Origin: Raillietiella orientalis
Taxonomy: Eukaryota
NCBI GenBank assembly: GCA_036172245.1
Contig: JAYWIR010000021.1
Location: 2,294,001 to 2,358,000 of the forward strand
Direction: 5' to 3'
Length of the DNA stretch: 64,000 nt
The notes beneath the pieces were generated by a model. That model did no database searches. It saw only the letters and a program-made list of their open reading frames with translations, and was not told the origin of the DNA. The translations under genes were made by a program, and so were the position numbers. This document shows positions 25,430 to 38,804 of the stretch, in pieces; the stretch's first letter is position 1; each line of letters starts with the position of its first letter.

Positions 25430-25910
25430 TCCATGCGCGAATGGTGCGCACCGTACACCCACCCCCGCAGAAGTGCAAAGTGCAAACGTCCGTACACGTA
25501 CCATGTGTTCGATGTCGGGCGTGTATGGTCGTGTTGCGTGTGAGCACTTCATGCGGGCGTGAGGGCGCGTTCTTCCTTTTCTTTTTTGAACCATCCTGCG
25601 TGCGCACATGGTATACGCGTGTACACGCACTGTGCGTGGCCTGCGCGGTTCTTGCGCGCGCATCCGAGGAACGCTCCACTACACTCAAGGGAATGGGCGG
25701 CTCACCCTCCTGTAAAACGCGTACGCACAGACATGCTCATACGCGGATGTACACCGATACCTAGTGTGCACGTGAACCGAACGCACGGAGACAAAGTGTG
25801 CACGGAGCGGAGCGTAGGTGTACAAGAAGAGGCTGAGTGCTCAGTCCCTGTGCACGTGTGTACGTGGATGCTGCTCGCACATCCAAGAACGCGTGTAGAT
25901 GCGCGCGCAC
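25430..25910. repeat. Degenerate alternating purine-pyrimidine (GTGCAC/GTACAC/CGCG-rich) low-complexity tract
   Basis: Many RY runs such as gtatacgcgtgtacacgcac, gtgtgcacgtg and tgtgcacgtgtgtacgtg. Confidence 0.7.
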
Positions 25911-27399
25911 GGACTTGCCAGAGCCCGGAGATCGCCGGCTGCGGATGGATCGGTGCACATGGGGGCCGCTTGTCGCCCCCAATCGGTTTCCTCGTCCCCC
26001 GCATCCCGGAGGCTTCCTCGGAAACGCGCCCGCTGCACCGGGGGAGGGGGCCGCGCAGCTCCCCGTGCGCGGCAGGATCCTTCTTCCGGTTCTCCCTCGC
26101 CATTCCACCGGCCGCTGGTCGTGGAAGAGGTAGGTGGGTCCCTCCTCTCCGGGCGCGCTCGACGAGAGCGATGCTTTCCCGCGGCTGCCATCGCCGCGGG
26201 CGATCCTGGTCCGGCGGCTGCGCTTCCCTCCAAGAAAGGCTCCCAGCGGGGGCAAGCAGTTGTCTCTCTCCCTCCACGGTCTGCTTCCGGTGGAGGCGGA
26301 AGGGACAGGTGGGGGGAAAGACGCGGGCAGGCTGGCACCCTCTCTGAAAGCGACGGCGCGCAGGGCGTGCCGCGATCGGCCGGTGGCAGAGGCGGTGAGC
26401 CTGCGACGAAATTTTTCCGCCATGCTTCGCTCCACCCGCCCTCGCTCCCCCCCGCTGCCGAGCCCGAGAAGAGCGGCGGGTGGCGCGCAAGGGAAGGAAG
26501 TGGCGACTTCCGGCGAAGGCGGTAGCCCTTCGCCCACCCCCCTGGTGAGGAGGAAGCGGAAAATTCCCTAGCTTGCTAGCGCGCTCCCCTCCGTGTTTTC
26601 ATGCTGCATGGCAGCGAGGCGAGGCGGCGACGCCCTCACGCGTCGCCCATCTTCATCGTTCCCCCTCCTCCCCCATTCCCTTGTTGCGATGGCAACTCCG
26701 GGAAGCGAAACGCTAGTTTCTGACGGACGGCGGCGCTCCTCAAAAGCGCAGGATCTCCACCTCGGGTTCTTCAAAATGGCTTCCCGCCTACCCAGACGAG
26801 GAGAAGTGGGGGGGAGAGGGGTTGTAGGAGGCGGCCGAGGGAACCGGAAGACAGGGAGTGGGGGAATAGAAGAGAGGTCATTCGAGAGCTCCAGCAGGAA
26901 AGGAATGCGTGGGAAGAAAACTGCGCCGTGGGAGCGAGTGGAGCCCTTCGGAGGCAGTGCCGGCCTGTCGCGCCGCCGGAGCCGCGCTGCCGCATCCCGG
27001 ATGCATCTCGGAAGGCACCGTCTGCCCCGTCCGCGCACCTCTGAAGGTGGGAAGAAAATGACACCCTGAAAGAGCCAGGAAATCAACAGAGCGTGGGCGG
27101 AAGGGCAGTTGCTCTTCACGGAGCGAGGCTCCGGGTCCAGCACGAGGTCTGTGGGGGCCGAAAAAGGTGCGCTCGCGGCGGTGACGAAACCGCAGGCTAT
27201 CCGAGCGGCCGTCGGTGACCGCGCTATCTCTGGACCAATCGCCTCGCCTGCTTGACCTCTGACCTTTCCTCCTCGAGGCCACGTTCCGTGATGGCCGCCC
27301 CCGTGACCTTGGCACGACCGGGAAGAAGGAAAGGAAGAAAAAGAAAAATATCTTCTAGGCCTTAGGGCTCTTTCGGAGGCCGGCGGGCCGATAAGTGTG

Positions 27400-28930
27400 T
27401 CATCGATCCCTTCCCTGTCACCCCTTCCGCCCTGGAGCCCCGCAGTGCGGAAGTCTTCTCTCCCGAAGACGCCCAGGGCGGGGACTTCTCCTGGAGGCCT
27501 TCTGGTCTCGTGGCTTCCTCCGCGCCTTGCTGAGCGAATTCCCGGAAGCACCCCCTGGAGCTCCCCGTTCCTGCCACGGACGCCCATCGGAGGCGCGCAC
27601 TCGGAAGGCAGGGATGAGGTCCGGCGCCACCGCAGCGACGGGTTGCCACGGGAGACGGTAGAGTGGAAACGATGAAGTGGAGATTCTCTTCGTGCTCCTC
27701 TGAGCTCGCTCCCCTCCCTTTTCTTTCTGAACCATGCGGGAGGCTAGCTCGCAGAAGCTGCGCAGCCACTGTCCCTGGCGACCCTCGAGAGAAGGTCCGA
27801 CGAAGGGCAGGCCACCCTCGGGCACGCGCGCGGCCACGCTTGCAATCCCAGCGCGAGATGGGGTCGCCGGCCTCTGGCCTCTGTGACCAGCGGCAGACGG
27901 AGGGGGGTCAGTAAGGCCGCGCTTCAACTCAGGCGAGGGATGGATGGAGGTGCCCCCGGCGGGAAATTTGCGGGGCAGACGACTCCCGGGTGACAGAGTC
28001 GTCTCCTTCCAGCCCGTCCAGCCTCCGCATTGCTCCCCTTGGCTACCGATGGAACCACGTGCCGGGTGACGCGGTTCGGGACTGACTCCCCTGGTCAGCC
28101 CGGTAGCGCCAGGATGCCCCGGGATGTGGCCCCCAGAAGGGAGCAAAGTGCTTCCTACACCCTGGAGAGGCAACTCTCGACGTGGGTGGCAACTAGATTC
28201 AGGAAGCCCCATCGCGTGCCATGGAGTATGGCGTCGGCGGCTGCGGCGGTCTCCTCGCGTGCGGCACTACCACGCGTCCCGGGTTCGAATCCCGCCCGGG
28301 AGAGAAGGATCAACGCCAAGAACGGGGGAAAGGCGTGTCGTAGGGTTTCGATTGCCTCCTGCGGGGGGCACTCGAACGGTGACGCTGGCTGGTCCACGGA
28401 CTTCGGGTAGGCACTGGACGACTCCCGGATGTCCCCGTTGAGTGCCCTGGATTTGGGGAAGCTGACCCACTAAGATCCTTCCAGGAATCGGGGTTCAAGC
28501 CCCTCGGGGTTCCCCTTTGGTTGTGCGAATGGAGTCGCCACCCTTCTTCCCCCCCCTCTTCAGAAGAGGAAATTTCCATCGCGTAGCATGGAGATGGTGG
28601 ACTGATACTTCTCCAGAGCGTGGTGAAGAAGCACGCTGCTCCCTCTTAGGGAAGCCGCTCTTCAGAGAAAATGGGAAGCGTCGTCTCTTCGGGGTTCCCT
28701 TCAGAGGAGGGAAGAGGGCGAGGATCCTTTCCAGGGGTTCCTTCAGAGAGAACGAGGAAGAGGTGGTTCCCTTCGGGTCCCCTCCCAATCGTGAGAGGAA
28801 CGGGCTCCTTCCCCCCGGATCTGGATCCTCCCTGGATTCACAAGGCGGTCCCTCCAGGATAACCCCCTACAACTGGAAGAGTGGAGCGCACCATTGGGTG
28901 ACACCGCTGGAGAGCTTCGTGAGCCCTCCC
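27400..28930 (+). mobile_element. Degenerate Ty3/Gypsy pol remnant (RNase H and integrase)
   Basis: RFGTDSP (~FxxxTDHxPL), GGH..HW (HHCC region), MVD*YFSRAW (~VVDxFSRW), GPLPIVRGTGSF (~GxPxxIVSDNGxxF), PPTTGRVERTIG (~PQTNGxVERxxxTL). Confidence 0.55.
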
Positions 28931-29299
28931 TAAAGAGGGGGAAGGGGAGGGCGGTTCCTCAGCACTTAGAGCCCCCCCCCCAATAAGAAGAAAACCTGAA
29001 GGGGACTTTCCACTCTTGGTTCATTGATTTTTCGCTCTGAGCTTTTCGTTTGTTTGCTCCCTGCCCCTCTCTTGCCGAGGCGAACTCGCCAGTCCGCGCG
29101 CGCCGGCATGTCGGCAGGTTCCCAGGTGAATGCGGACGTGGCGGCACTTCGTCGAGCCTTGCCATTCCTCTTTTTTTTCTTCACTCGTTTCTTGCCACCA
29201 ATAAAGGTTCGGATAATGAACTTTGCCCTCTTCTTCCAACTTCGGGGCGCTGGGTGGCTACGAGGAAATGTGTCCCTCAGGAAGGAAAGCGGGTCGTCT

Positions 29300-31250
29300 C
29301 TCCGGCGCACGACAAGCGTGTGATCGTTGCCTCCGCCAGGCTGGACGCAGCTCCCACTCCCACGACGGAAAGCGCTGGATCTCGGGGGTGCCTTCCTGCA
29401 GTCATCGCTAGTCGCCCTCGTTTCCCGAGACCTTGAACCCTGCAGCGTCCTGGAGCGTCCACAAACTGCCGTGGGAAGCCCTGTTTCCCCGGAATTATGG
29501 AGAGCATCCTGGAAGCAGGCTGGAACTCCCTTACTCATTGGCCTGCATAGCGATCGACGGAGCAAAATACCTTCAGAGCGCTCGTGAGCAGCAAGACGTC
29601 GTAAGCCTGAAGACCCATTCAGGGAGACGGCAGCTCGTGCACTCTCCGTGTTCTCCCATATGTGACATCCATCCTGGGACCACGCAGGTTTGCATAGTGC
29701 CTACCACGAAATCCATGACCTCAGTAAGGCGGTTGGTCCGGATCTTGATCAGCCACTGTGATTCCGCGTTTGGGATGGATGGATGATCTCTACTGGGTCA
29801 CTTTGGTCAGGTCCTCTCCTTTCGAAACCGGTCGTATCCTGTTTCCCTGGGAACAGGTTGGAAGCTTCCCTCCCTCTCTGGCCTGTGTGGCGAGTTCGCG
29901 GAACAGCTGGGATATGGGATGATAGGTAGGGGCGACAGTGCGAGGAGGGTGCGCCATCAGGTCGCGCCACCACATCGTAGCGCAATTGCCCAAAGACCGG
30001 CTTGGTCTGATCCGCTGTGATGTTTTCCTCCAGTTGCAGTGGCTGTTTGTGCGGTCGCTCTCTTAAACGTGCTGCAGAACCTTTTTCTTCTTCTTTCCGT
30101 CTTCAAGATTTCCTTGAATCGAAACGATGCTTGCATCACTGTTCGGGAGCCACCGTCATTTCCTCTGACTCTGGATCATGCCAGTGTTCGCATCCGATGG
30201 AGAAGATGCTGAGAGCAGAGTCTCCATCTATTTCGTCCAGTCTATCCATCTCCATCCAGTCTCCCTTCTATTTCGGTCTGCTGGGAGTGAGCCTTTTCTG
30301 GTACTGATGCAAGTGTAGAGAACAGGAGAGAGAAATGATGTTCATCTCCAGGTAGGCTTCCTAGCGCAGGCTCCAGTTTCTGTGATGCGTTTAACTTGGA
30401 GAGATGGGTGACGTGCACTTCATCTTGTCCTAGTCTTCGACCCAAGGAATGGTATTGGCGACCTTCAACGCGCTTACATCTGTGAATCGCTTCCAGCACC
30501 TCTTTGGTGCACAGGGTAGGACTCGTCCCAGATGGGTGTGTGTGAGAGAGCGGCCTGCTTCCTGTCACGTTCTTTGGGAGGCTCTCTGTCCTCACCTCTA
30601 CGCGGAGCCAGGAATCTTCCCAGATGGAGAGCCATGTCTCCGGGAACCCTTAAAGACGGTTTGTTATGTCCTCGGTGCACTCAAAATCATCGATCGACGT
30701 GCGGCGCGCCATTCAGCTATTCGACGCTGAGCTGATCCGCCATTTTCCCGATGCCAACTTCCCAGCAACCTGGGAACTCCGCGGTGATCCAGGAAGAGCA
30801 CTGTTTCCTGGTTGGAGTATCCACTGTGATGCTGGGGAGGGACCATCCGACAGAGCGGTGGTAGTTTTGCGTTCGTGGCATCTCGATGACTCCCACGACG
30901 TAGGGCTGAAGCCCAGCAGCAACGCCAGTGATTTCTCATTTCGCCTGCATTCTGGGACGCTCGACCTCTCGCGCTGGAGGCGACCGAGAACCTTGCCACG
31001 TCATGCGCGCTGGTCTCGAGGATGGGATGATAGCTCGAAGCAGTCCGCATGCGTATCTCGAGGCACTGAGAAAAGTCCCCGACCGTGGACAAGTGGACGT
31101 ACTTTTGTGAACGATCTTGTTGCTGGGGCACGCGGAATTGCCTGGAGCAAACATCTGGTTCATCACTGCGATAACGGAACGAGGTAGGGTGACTGTTGCA
31201 CCTCTTCTCCTTCCCTCTTCTTCCTCGCTGGCATGTCTGCTGGAAGACCA
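29300..31250 (+). mobile_element. Degenerate RLE-type non-LTR retrotransposon (R2/NeSL/HERO group)
   Basis: TAVGSPV (~NAFGSV), IQGD, WMDDL (catalytic YxDD), CCHC-like GVCE..SHVL/GARN, and a C-terminal LVAGARG (~EVGARG) of a restriction-like endonuclease. Confidence 0.6.
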
Positions 31251-32332
31251 CCGATTTGCCCAAAGGTGCCGCGTGACCTGCTGAAGGTCATTTGATTGAA
31301 GATGTAACGAGATGCGCACCCATGACGATGCCGGCATCCAAAAGCGTCCAGGCGCGCCTGCGGCTCACACGCGTCCACGCCGATGGATCCGTCTCTAATC
31401 ACCAGAGCGAGAAACCCTCCACCTGGCTTGACGCGGAAGAGCAAAGAGACCCGTCCCTGGATGAATCGGGGCGGAAGCAGCGGAGCAAAAGTGAGCCACT
31501 CCCCATAGCAGCGACACCCGGCAACGGCGGGGGAATCCACGCACGACTCCTCGGCGGAATGGGGGACGTAGCCGAACTCATTCCCGGAACGAAGGGGGGG
31601 GGGAGAGGAGACGAAGAACCGACGCAGACATATTGGAAGCTTTCCAGAACCCCTTGACCGCACTCGGCACAGCCCTTCCCTCCTGTCCTTCGGAACGATC
31701 CATTCACAAACTCCCCTCCCATTTTGGAATCGCTTTATGCCCTTCGCCGGGAACTGGGATACATTCTGCCGTAAGAACACTACGCGTCGGTGCACGCCGT
31801 GACCGGTGCATCCGCCAAAAATTCAATTCCAAAACTCATGGACCGCACCGTGTGCACATTCATTAAGTAGGCATTAGTTGATTAGATATTTTATTTTGCA
31901 CTTGGTACGTAATATTTATAGAGACGTCTCGAAAGTTTTTAGAAGATGACGCTTTCAGAAATAGAAAACTTCAATAGGATTGATAATCGATGCTGATACT
32001 CTGTTATAAAGGTAAGGCCTCCCATATCAAATAGAAGGTCGAAGAGCGGGCATGCGTTTATTCATTGAAAGAGGGCGAAGTGGTTTTTTTTTTTTCCTCG
32101 AAGAATATTTGAGCATCGGTCTTGTGGAGATCTTTGGAAAAGTATGTAAGAAAAAAAGGTTATGCAAAATAACAAGAAGCAGTCGAACAGGAACGTTTTG
32201 TCTACGACGAAGAGATGTGCTCTTGGTACGTTCTGAGGTACGAATATGGCAGAAATGCACGTATTCGATTCGGGTTCCATTATGCTTTGGCTGTCGGTAG
32301 TCATTTTTACATGCGCTTTATTATTAGCAATG

Positions 32333-32334
<2 letters not shown>

Positions 32335-32385
<51 letters not shown>
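32335..32385. repeat. (AT)n microsatellite, ~25 units
   Basis: Uninterrupted atatat run. Confidence 0.97.
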
Positions 32386-32390
<5 letters not shown>

Positions 32391-33399
32391 CAAGTTTCAA
32401 GAAACACAGGCATTTACTTTTGATTATATAAAAAGATTCAAATTAGTAGTTCCGGAAAATTCTGCGCGTTCCTCTCCGGCAGCTGGGGCTGAAGACGCAG
32501 GCGGTGCATCCGTGCGGTGTCTCTCAATGCACGGGTGTTGTGGAATTCTAATTCGCTGTCTGTGGAGTGGAGTGGCTTCAGCTCCAGAGGAGATGGTAGC
32601 CAAGAGTCCAGGACTCCTGCGCAGGTTTTTTCGCCCCCAGGGTCGTTTGGAATGCCGCGACCCTCGCACGTTTCGCCTGGTGACTGCCGAAGACTCCTCC
32701 CTCCCTCCCTCCCTCCCTCCGACTCTCCCCCACCGCCCCCCACTTGCAGACATAGGGCGCACTGTGAGTCAGCATGGTTCTATAACACGGAAGATGCACC
32801 TCAAGATCTATTGAGAGACCGGGACCCGTAAAGCTTCAGAGAGCAAGGTCGAAAGGGAACAAAAAGAAAAAAGAAGAAAATTCCACGAATCCTCTGAGAT
32901 TCGAAGTCTTACGGGAGCACGTCCATGTGGACCTTCAGCGAATCTCCGGAAAAAGTCGCGGAATCTTGAAGATAATCGATCAGAAGCTCAAAAGATTCTC
33001 AGTCCTTAGTAAGGCGACAACAATCCAAGCAGCCAGAGACCCTGTGGCTGAGGTCAAGTGAGGCTTCAGCGGCAATGTGGAGCTCTCAAAACCCACTGAG
33101 CAGGACCGGCATCTTTGGACAGGTCAGCTCCGCGTTCCGTGCGGCCCAGAGGGAAAAGAACAGACCCTGCCAGCAGATGGGGAATAAGGAGGTTGCGCAA
33201 ACTCAAGGGGAAGAAGGGATGTGGGCGCCATCGCGGATGCTGATCGCGCTGTGGGATCCCGAGAAGTGGAAGGGAACAGCACTTTGCCGAGGTGCCTGAA
33301 ATTGCGCCACTTCCGGCAGAGAGTGCCAAGCGCGGGAGGGAACCACCGGTCTTTCCACGCTACTCACCCGGGACTCGATGGATGCAGAAGACTGTCCTC

Positions 33400-33950
33400 C
33401 GGAAATGGACGGCATTTCTAATGCCGGATGGAGATGATGGAATTGATGCACAGGCTGTGCCTCACATTTCAATCTCCATCATCACGCGTTTCCGTCTTCG
33501 GCATTTGCTTAAGGGAATGGAAAACCCCCTTCCGGTAAAAAGAATCTACCTCCTTTCCCCTAAAGCCGGAGGATTAGGTGCAATCAATGAGCTGGTGGGT
33601 CGGTTTCTGTGGAGGGTCGGGTATGCAATCAGGGTTCCTGTTTCTCTCAGGCTCCGGGAATAAGTCGCTTGGATAAATTGGGATTTGATCCGGTCAAAGA
33701 TGAATCCGGAAGTGCAGTTCAAAATGCTACGGATGTCTGCGGACATCAGCCCGTGCTCTGATGATCTTTGGGTCGGGAACGTTTTCACAGATTCTCTTTT
33801 GGGCGCGATCGAGGAACCTCTTGTGCGCCCGTCCGAGGGAGACGTCCTTTTCAAAGCAGGGCTCGAGCGCTCAGATCATCCGGGTTGTGAGCGGTGCTAC
33901 GAGAATCCGGAGACGTACTGCGATGGGCAAGTTTGCTCGAAGCAGAATGG
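33400..33950 (+). mobile_element. L1/Tx1-like ORF2 C-terminal remnant
   Basis: IYLLSPKAGGLG..RFLWR, WINWDLIRSKMNPEVQFKMLR..P (zf-RVT-like) and CERCYENPET. Confidence 0.65.
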
Positions 33951-34329
33951 TCTCACACCCTCAAGATGGCGTTCGGTATCCGCCGAGACGCCACCTTTCC
34001 TGGAAGTGTGCGGCTGCGGCATCTTCTCCGATCGCGGAAAGAGCGCCTCCCTGCCCGCGGGGGCGATCGCCTGAAACCGGCGCTCCGGCACGGGCATCAC
34101 CTCCGCCGCACGGCCTCTGCGAGGGCGCGTCCGTCCGTCAGCCGCCGAGGACTCCCTTCCCCTCTTCCTAAGAGGACGATTCGCGTTTCCGCGACCCCGC
34201 CGCGACACGAGGCGGGAAGCGAGCGTCTCCGAACTGGGCGACTCGGTCTCTCGCGGCGGCTCTGGAGCTTCCGTCTCCGAACCCGCGGAACGCCCTTCCC
34301 CCTCAGGTATCAGCCTCATGGCCTTTGAC

Positions 34330-36400
34330 TACTTGGGTTGTTGTTGCCCTACCATTGGTTGTGATTCTTTAGAGCTTTTACTGGAGATCAGCAGGGTCTT
34401 CTGTCTGGAACAACGAAGACTCCTTCCATTTGATGGGCTGTCCGAGACCTGGGTATGGACCATTCCAGAGGTAGGCAGGCGGCGATTAGAACATCATAAT
34501 GCATCTAGCTGGCGCCTTTGGCACGTCTCGCAATCAGATGGTGCGAAAGACTTCGCCGGTGTTCCAAGTAGAACACTCCATTAGGGCAGAAAGAGAGTTG
34601 TCCCAGGTTACACTCGCTTCAAGGGAACGGGAGGATTCGTCTTGAGGATAAGCAAAAGATGTTTTCTCGTGTGGTCCCTCTTCAGCACAGCCCTGGATGC
34701 ACTCTGAAAGGTGGAAACAACGCTGGTACTTCTCTTTGGTAGCTACATATCTGGAAGATCACGGAGTCACTCTAGCTGACTGGAACTCGCAGAAAAGACC
34801 CCGGAAGTGGAGCGTTCCACCCCTTGCGATGCAGAGACTGCACCTTATGGGGCGCAGCCAACGATGTCTCGAGGAAACCAACCGGAAATTCTTACAGTCG
34901 AGGCATCCCGGGAGTAAAAATACTTGCCAAGTCTTCTGGAATTGATCTGCCAGGGAGAAATCCCCCCCCAAAAGGAGCGCATTGCAACCAAGGAGCGCGT
35001 CTTCTGATTGTCCTGCAGGCTGGCTCAATGCCTGGTAGAAACTGAATGCACCAAGGCCTTCCTTTTATCCAGGGCTCAAACATCATCAGCGGCTTGACAT
35101 CCTCCTTAATGGAGATTGGACATCCATAGACAGAAAATTAGAATGATGATCGAACGGTATCTAAGCAGCGCCTCTCTCGAGTAGAAAAGCAAACCAGTAC
35201 ACGTGAGGGAGGTAATGCTAGAGGATGGGAGCCACGAAATAGGCTGAATGCCGACGCCTTAAGTCTGCTCGCATCACCTGAATCGTGGAGCGGAGCAGAA
35301 AAATTTCTTCTTGCTGTGACCAAGAAGTGTGACCAAGAAGAAAATTCCAGCATTAGTTCCCTATGGGGAGGCAGGCGTCTGGAAAAATGTGCGCGGCCGT
35401 CAGGCGACGAAGGGGCGTGCGTGGAGCGCACGAAGACATGTGTCTAGTCGAGTGGAGATCTCCTTGATCCTTCGTGGATCCAGAATCTCAGCCGAGGCAG
35501 GGGACGCTTCGTCCAACAGGAGCACGAGGAACAAGAACAAATCTTTTGTCGTGAGGGGCAGGGAGTGGACGACCCTTTATTCAAAAATGCCCACACCAAG
35601 GAGAAAACCGTGCGACTGACATGATGGTCGTGAGAGGAGGGGTCTGAAGACAAGGAGAAGATGACCTGGCATGGGATGAGACTCTGTAGCTCGCCCTGAA
35701 CCATTGCTGGTAGGCATTCAGAGCCTGTTCATACAACGGCGCGCTGCCATTGTCAACGGCATCTCAAAGACGGCACACGGAAGATGGGAGTCAGAAGTCC
35801 GACTCACCACTACGCCTGAGAAGACCTTGAGACGTGATTCCGGACGTGAGATGCCCTTCTGGAAACAACTCAGAAGCCCTTCGAATGACTTGGGAGGACG
35901 AGGAGGGTAAATATCGCGATGTCTACTTCCAGTTGTCCTCCAGTCGGATGGCAACGCGCGCGTTCCCAGTGGGATCAGACAGATCGTGGGACTCAGCCAG
36001 CGATCAAGTATTTCAAGATGCGCGAATCCCTCGATCGCACAGCAGCCTCCTAAGGGAATCCGTGGCATTTTCCAGCATCCGATGCATTCGACAGCTAATG
36101 GAAATATTTGGGCGGTGAGTACAGTATCTGCTGGATGCTGTGGCTGAACCATGCTGCGGAGATCAGCTGACAGTCAGATTCGCACGAAGAGGGAGTGGGT
36201 TTCGCAAACGTGCGTGGGGTTCCTCGCAATGCGAGTCCACCAACCAACCCTTCTGGGTGGCACTTCTGATGTGCCGGCCGGCAGAGGAGCCCAACACGGA
36301 ACACGGTGATGCGTCCTCGGAGTTCGAGGGAATGCGCACCAGCACGTCCGAGGAGGAGCGCATTTGGGAAGCCGCATGCTCGGAAAGAGGTCGCGGGCAT
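34330..36400 (+). mobile_element. L1/Tx1-like ORF2 remnant (APE tail and RT)
   Basis: KSSGIDLP (~KSPGxDGxP), DWTSI (~NWRPI), DQEEN (~DQEKA), WTTLYS, RGGV*RQG, EPLLVGI, YA*ED (~YADD), RVNIAMS (~KVNxxKS) and IKYF in RT order. Confidence 0.65.
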
Positions 36401-37069
36401 CTCGCAAATTAGGCACAGGCGAGGGTCCTGACTGCAGAAGACCTAGCGGCTGATGGGGCAAGACCCGGTGATCGTGGTGCTGCTTTTCGTGATGCTCCAA
36501 GGTGAGGCAGGGATGAATGGTGGTTGGTGCACGGGGTTGTGGGATCGACCTCGAATGCCATAGTGATATTCATGAGGGTTGAGTTTTTTCGTGTTCCACG
36601 TATTTTTTCGAGAGTTGGACGGTTTCCTGTAGTGGCGGTCGCGACAAGATAGTGCTTCGTTGGTGATTTTTTCCTCCTTTTACGCAACTTTCAGGTCCTT
36701 CCTTTCTTTGCATGCTTTGGCCGATTTTTGCGAGAAATATGGGATTAGCTGTGAGGACGGTAGAGGGGAAGTTGGAGGTGGAGAGCGTAATTAGGGTACT
36801 TTTTGTGAAACTGCCAGGACGTCTGGGACTTCTTGTTGCTCTCCTAGAGAGAGATGTCACCTACGGGAGCGGAGGGGGCAAGGAAGGAGGGGAGGATGCG
36901 ATAGTTTTTCTGCATATCTTCAAGTTTTCATGTCTTGGTGGCGAAGAAAACATGCTTGGAGGGAAAGCTCGCCGTTTCTCCTGCCTTCCGACGACTTCAC
37001 TAGCGATCCAGCGTTCAAGCATCCCTGAGGACCATCGCTTCGGAAGCAGGAGAGAGCGAGTGCGGAATC

Positions 37070-37420
37070 CCTTCAGTCATCTGTCTGTCACTTGCATCTG
37101 CTACACCCCATCGGGTAGGTGTCCCTCCACCGGGGTAGTTGGAAATGTCCTTACAAATTTTTCAGAGTCTTCTACGGAGGTTCCCCGAAAGAGCAAGTCC
37201 ACTGACCAACGGGGCGGTAACCTCAAAGAAACAAATGCAAGAACAGTTTCCTCATCTGCCCAGCGCCCAAGCACTTTAAGTGTGGGAACATTTGATCACG
37301 TCCTTCAACTTCCGAGAGGACTATCCGCAGACCATTCAGACGCCTCTCACGCGCGGCGACACGTCGCCCGCTGCGGGAGAGATCGCAGCTTCGCGCTGCG
37401 GCGGGCCAAAAGCTCCGGTC
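37070..37420 (+). mobile_element. Possible GIY-YIG endonuclease remnant (Penelope-like)
   Basis: CICYTPSGRCPSTGVVGNVLTNFSESSTEV loosely fits VYxIPCxxCxxxYVGxTxxxFxxRxxEH; weak. Confidence 0.25.
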
Positions 37421-37899
37421 GCAGAGGCAGAAGATTGCGGAGGAACAGCTCCTTCGCGCCCTCCTTCCCGAGGATCGCAGTGGGACGGGCAGCACCTGAT
37501 AGGAGCAACCGGGAGGAAAAATTGCCGGCATCCTTGAAAGGAGTCGAAGGACTCCAGGGGGAACTCCGCGACCCTCTACCCCACCTTAACATTTTGAAGC
37601 TTTCTGTTTGACTTTTTGCTTCTTTCCCTTATGCTTCACCCCCGACGACTGCTCCCAAGCAGCGGCATCCTCTGCGACTTGCCGCCGAACCAACGGGATT
37701 GGACTCCGCGACGGGCAGAGGACCTTTCCGTCTTCCTTTTGGATCCTTTCTTGCTAAGATGCATTTTATTTTCACCGCAAATGCCCCGGGGCGACCGAGT
37801 GAAGAGCTCTCAAGCGCTGCGTGCTGTCGGCCCCGTTTGGTGTCGCCCTTCGCCAGCGAAAGGATGCTCGAAGCGGTACTTAGAGACGGCGTAGGAGCG

Positions 37900-38460
37900 C
37901 GCGCGCGTCTTCCCCCCCGCTTCCGGCACGGGTGGCCGCGCTCTCCGTCGAGGGCCTTTCCTTCTGGTCAGTTCCTCCGCGCACCCTTTCGCCGGCTCCT
38001 TTCGCTCAGCCCCGGGGATTTATCCGCGTGCTGGCAAAGCGGAGGGAGGTCGGACTCGCTCGATCTCCGACGAGAGAGTCCCGGAACGGCGACGAGGGCG
38101 GCGCAGCCTTTCCTGAACGGAGCCATTTCCGGGCTGCCTCGGCAGAGCGCTTTCCGCAGCACGCAAGGACCCCGGGTCGAGAGCGAAGAGGTGAACCTTT
38201 CCCCTTCCCCAAAAGGGGGTGTCACTTCGCTAGGAAAAGCGTGGCCACGATGCGTACCGTGGGCCGAGAAATCAAAATGGCGGATGGGCGGCTTGCTCTG
38301 CATTTGCTGTGGCTGTTCCCACTCCCACAGGGCGCTGCCCAAAAAGCACGCGGCCGCCACGGATGGCTCCACCCGACTACCTTGCTGGGAAGGGAACCCA
38401 CGCGGTCTGGCGTTCGTCAGATGCAGCGGAACTGCGAAGACTACGCGATAACGTGGGAAA
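37900..38460 (+). mobile_element. Possible tyrosine-recombinase remnant (DIRS/Ngaro-like)
   Basis: GCHFARKSVATMRTVGREIKMADGR (~HSxRxGxAT...IxxxGRW); weak. Confidence 0.3.
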
Positions 38461-38804
38461 CGTAGAATGCCTTTGAGTGGAACAGTTGTTGACGTCACAC
38501 AATTGATTATCCATCACCGTGATGTATTATATCGCGCAACTGGGACCCTGTCTCGGCGAGATTTAGGGCTACTGCTGCTCGCTACATCAATGCAATTAAA
38601 TTGCACTTATACTGGAGATCCATTAAAATATTAAACGAATACATGTATGTATGTATGGGTGGAATGTATGTAAGATATCACGTGGTTGTAATAACATGAT
38701 CGCAATGCCTGGGGCATTTTTTGATCAATTACGTACAGGTCTGTGTCAATATGCATTCCGCGTCTCATTCACGACTTGGAACGAGCTTCTCGAGGTGCTT
38801 TTTA

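Noticed and set aside
25559..27587. Several long overlapping ORFs (260-340 aa)
   Set aside because: R/G/P/A/S-rich, open on both strands, no recognisable domain; expected from high GC content
28225..28300. tRNA-like B-box GGTTCGAATCCC
   Set aside because: No cloverleaf or acceptor stem; it lies within the Gypsy pol relic
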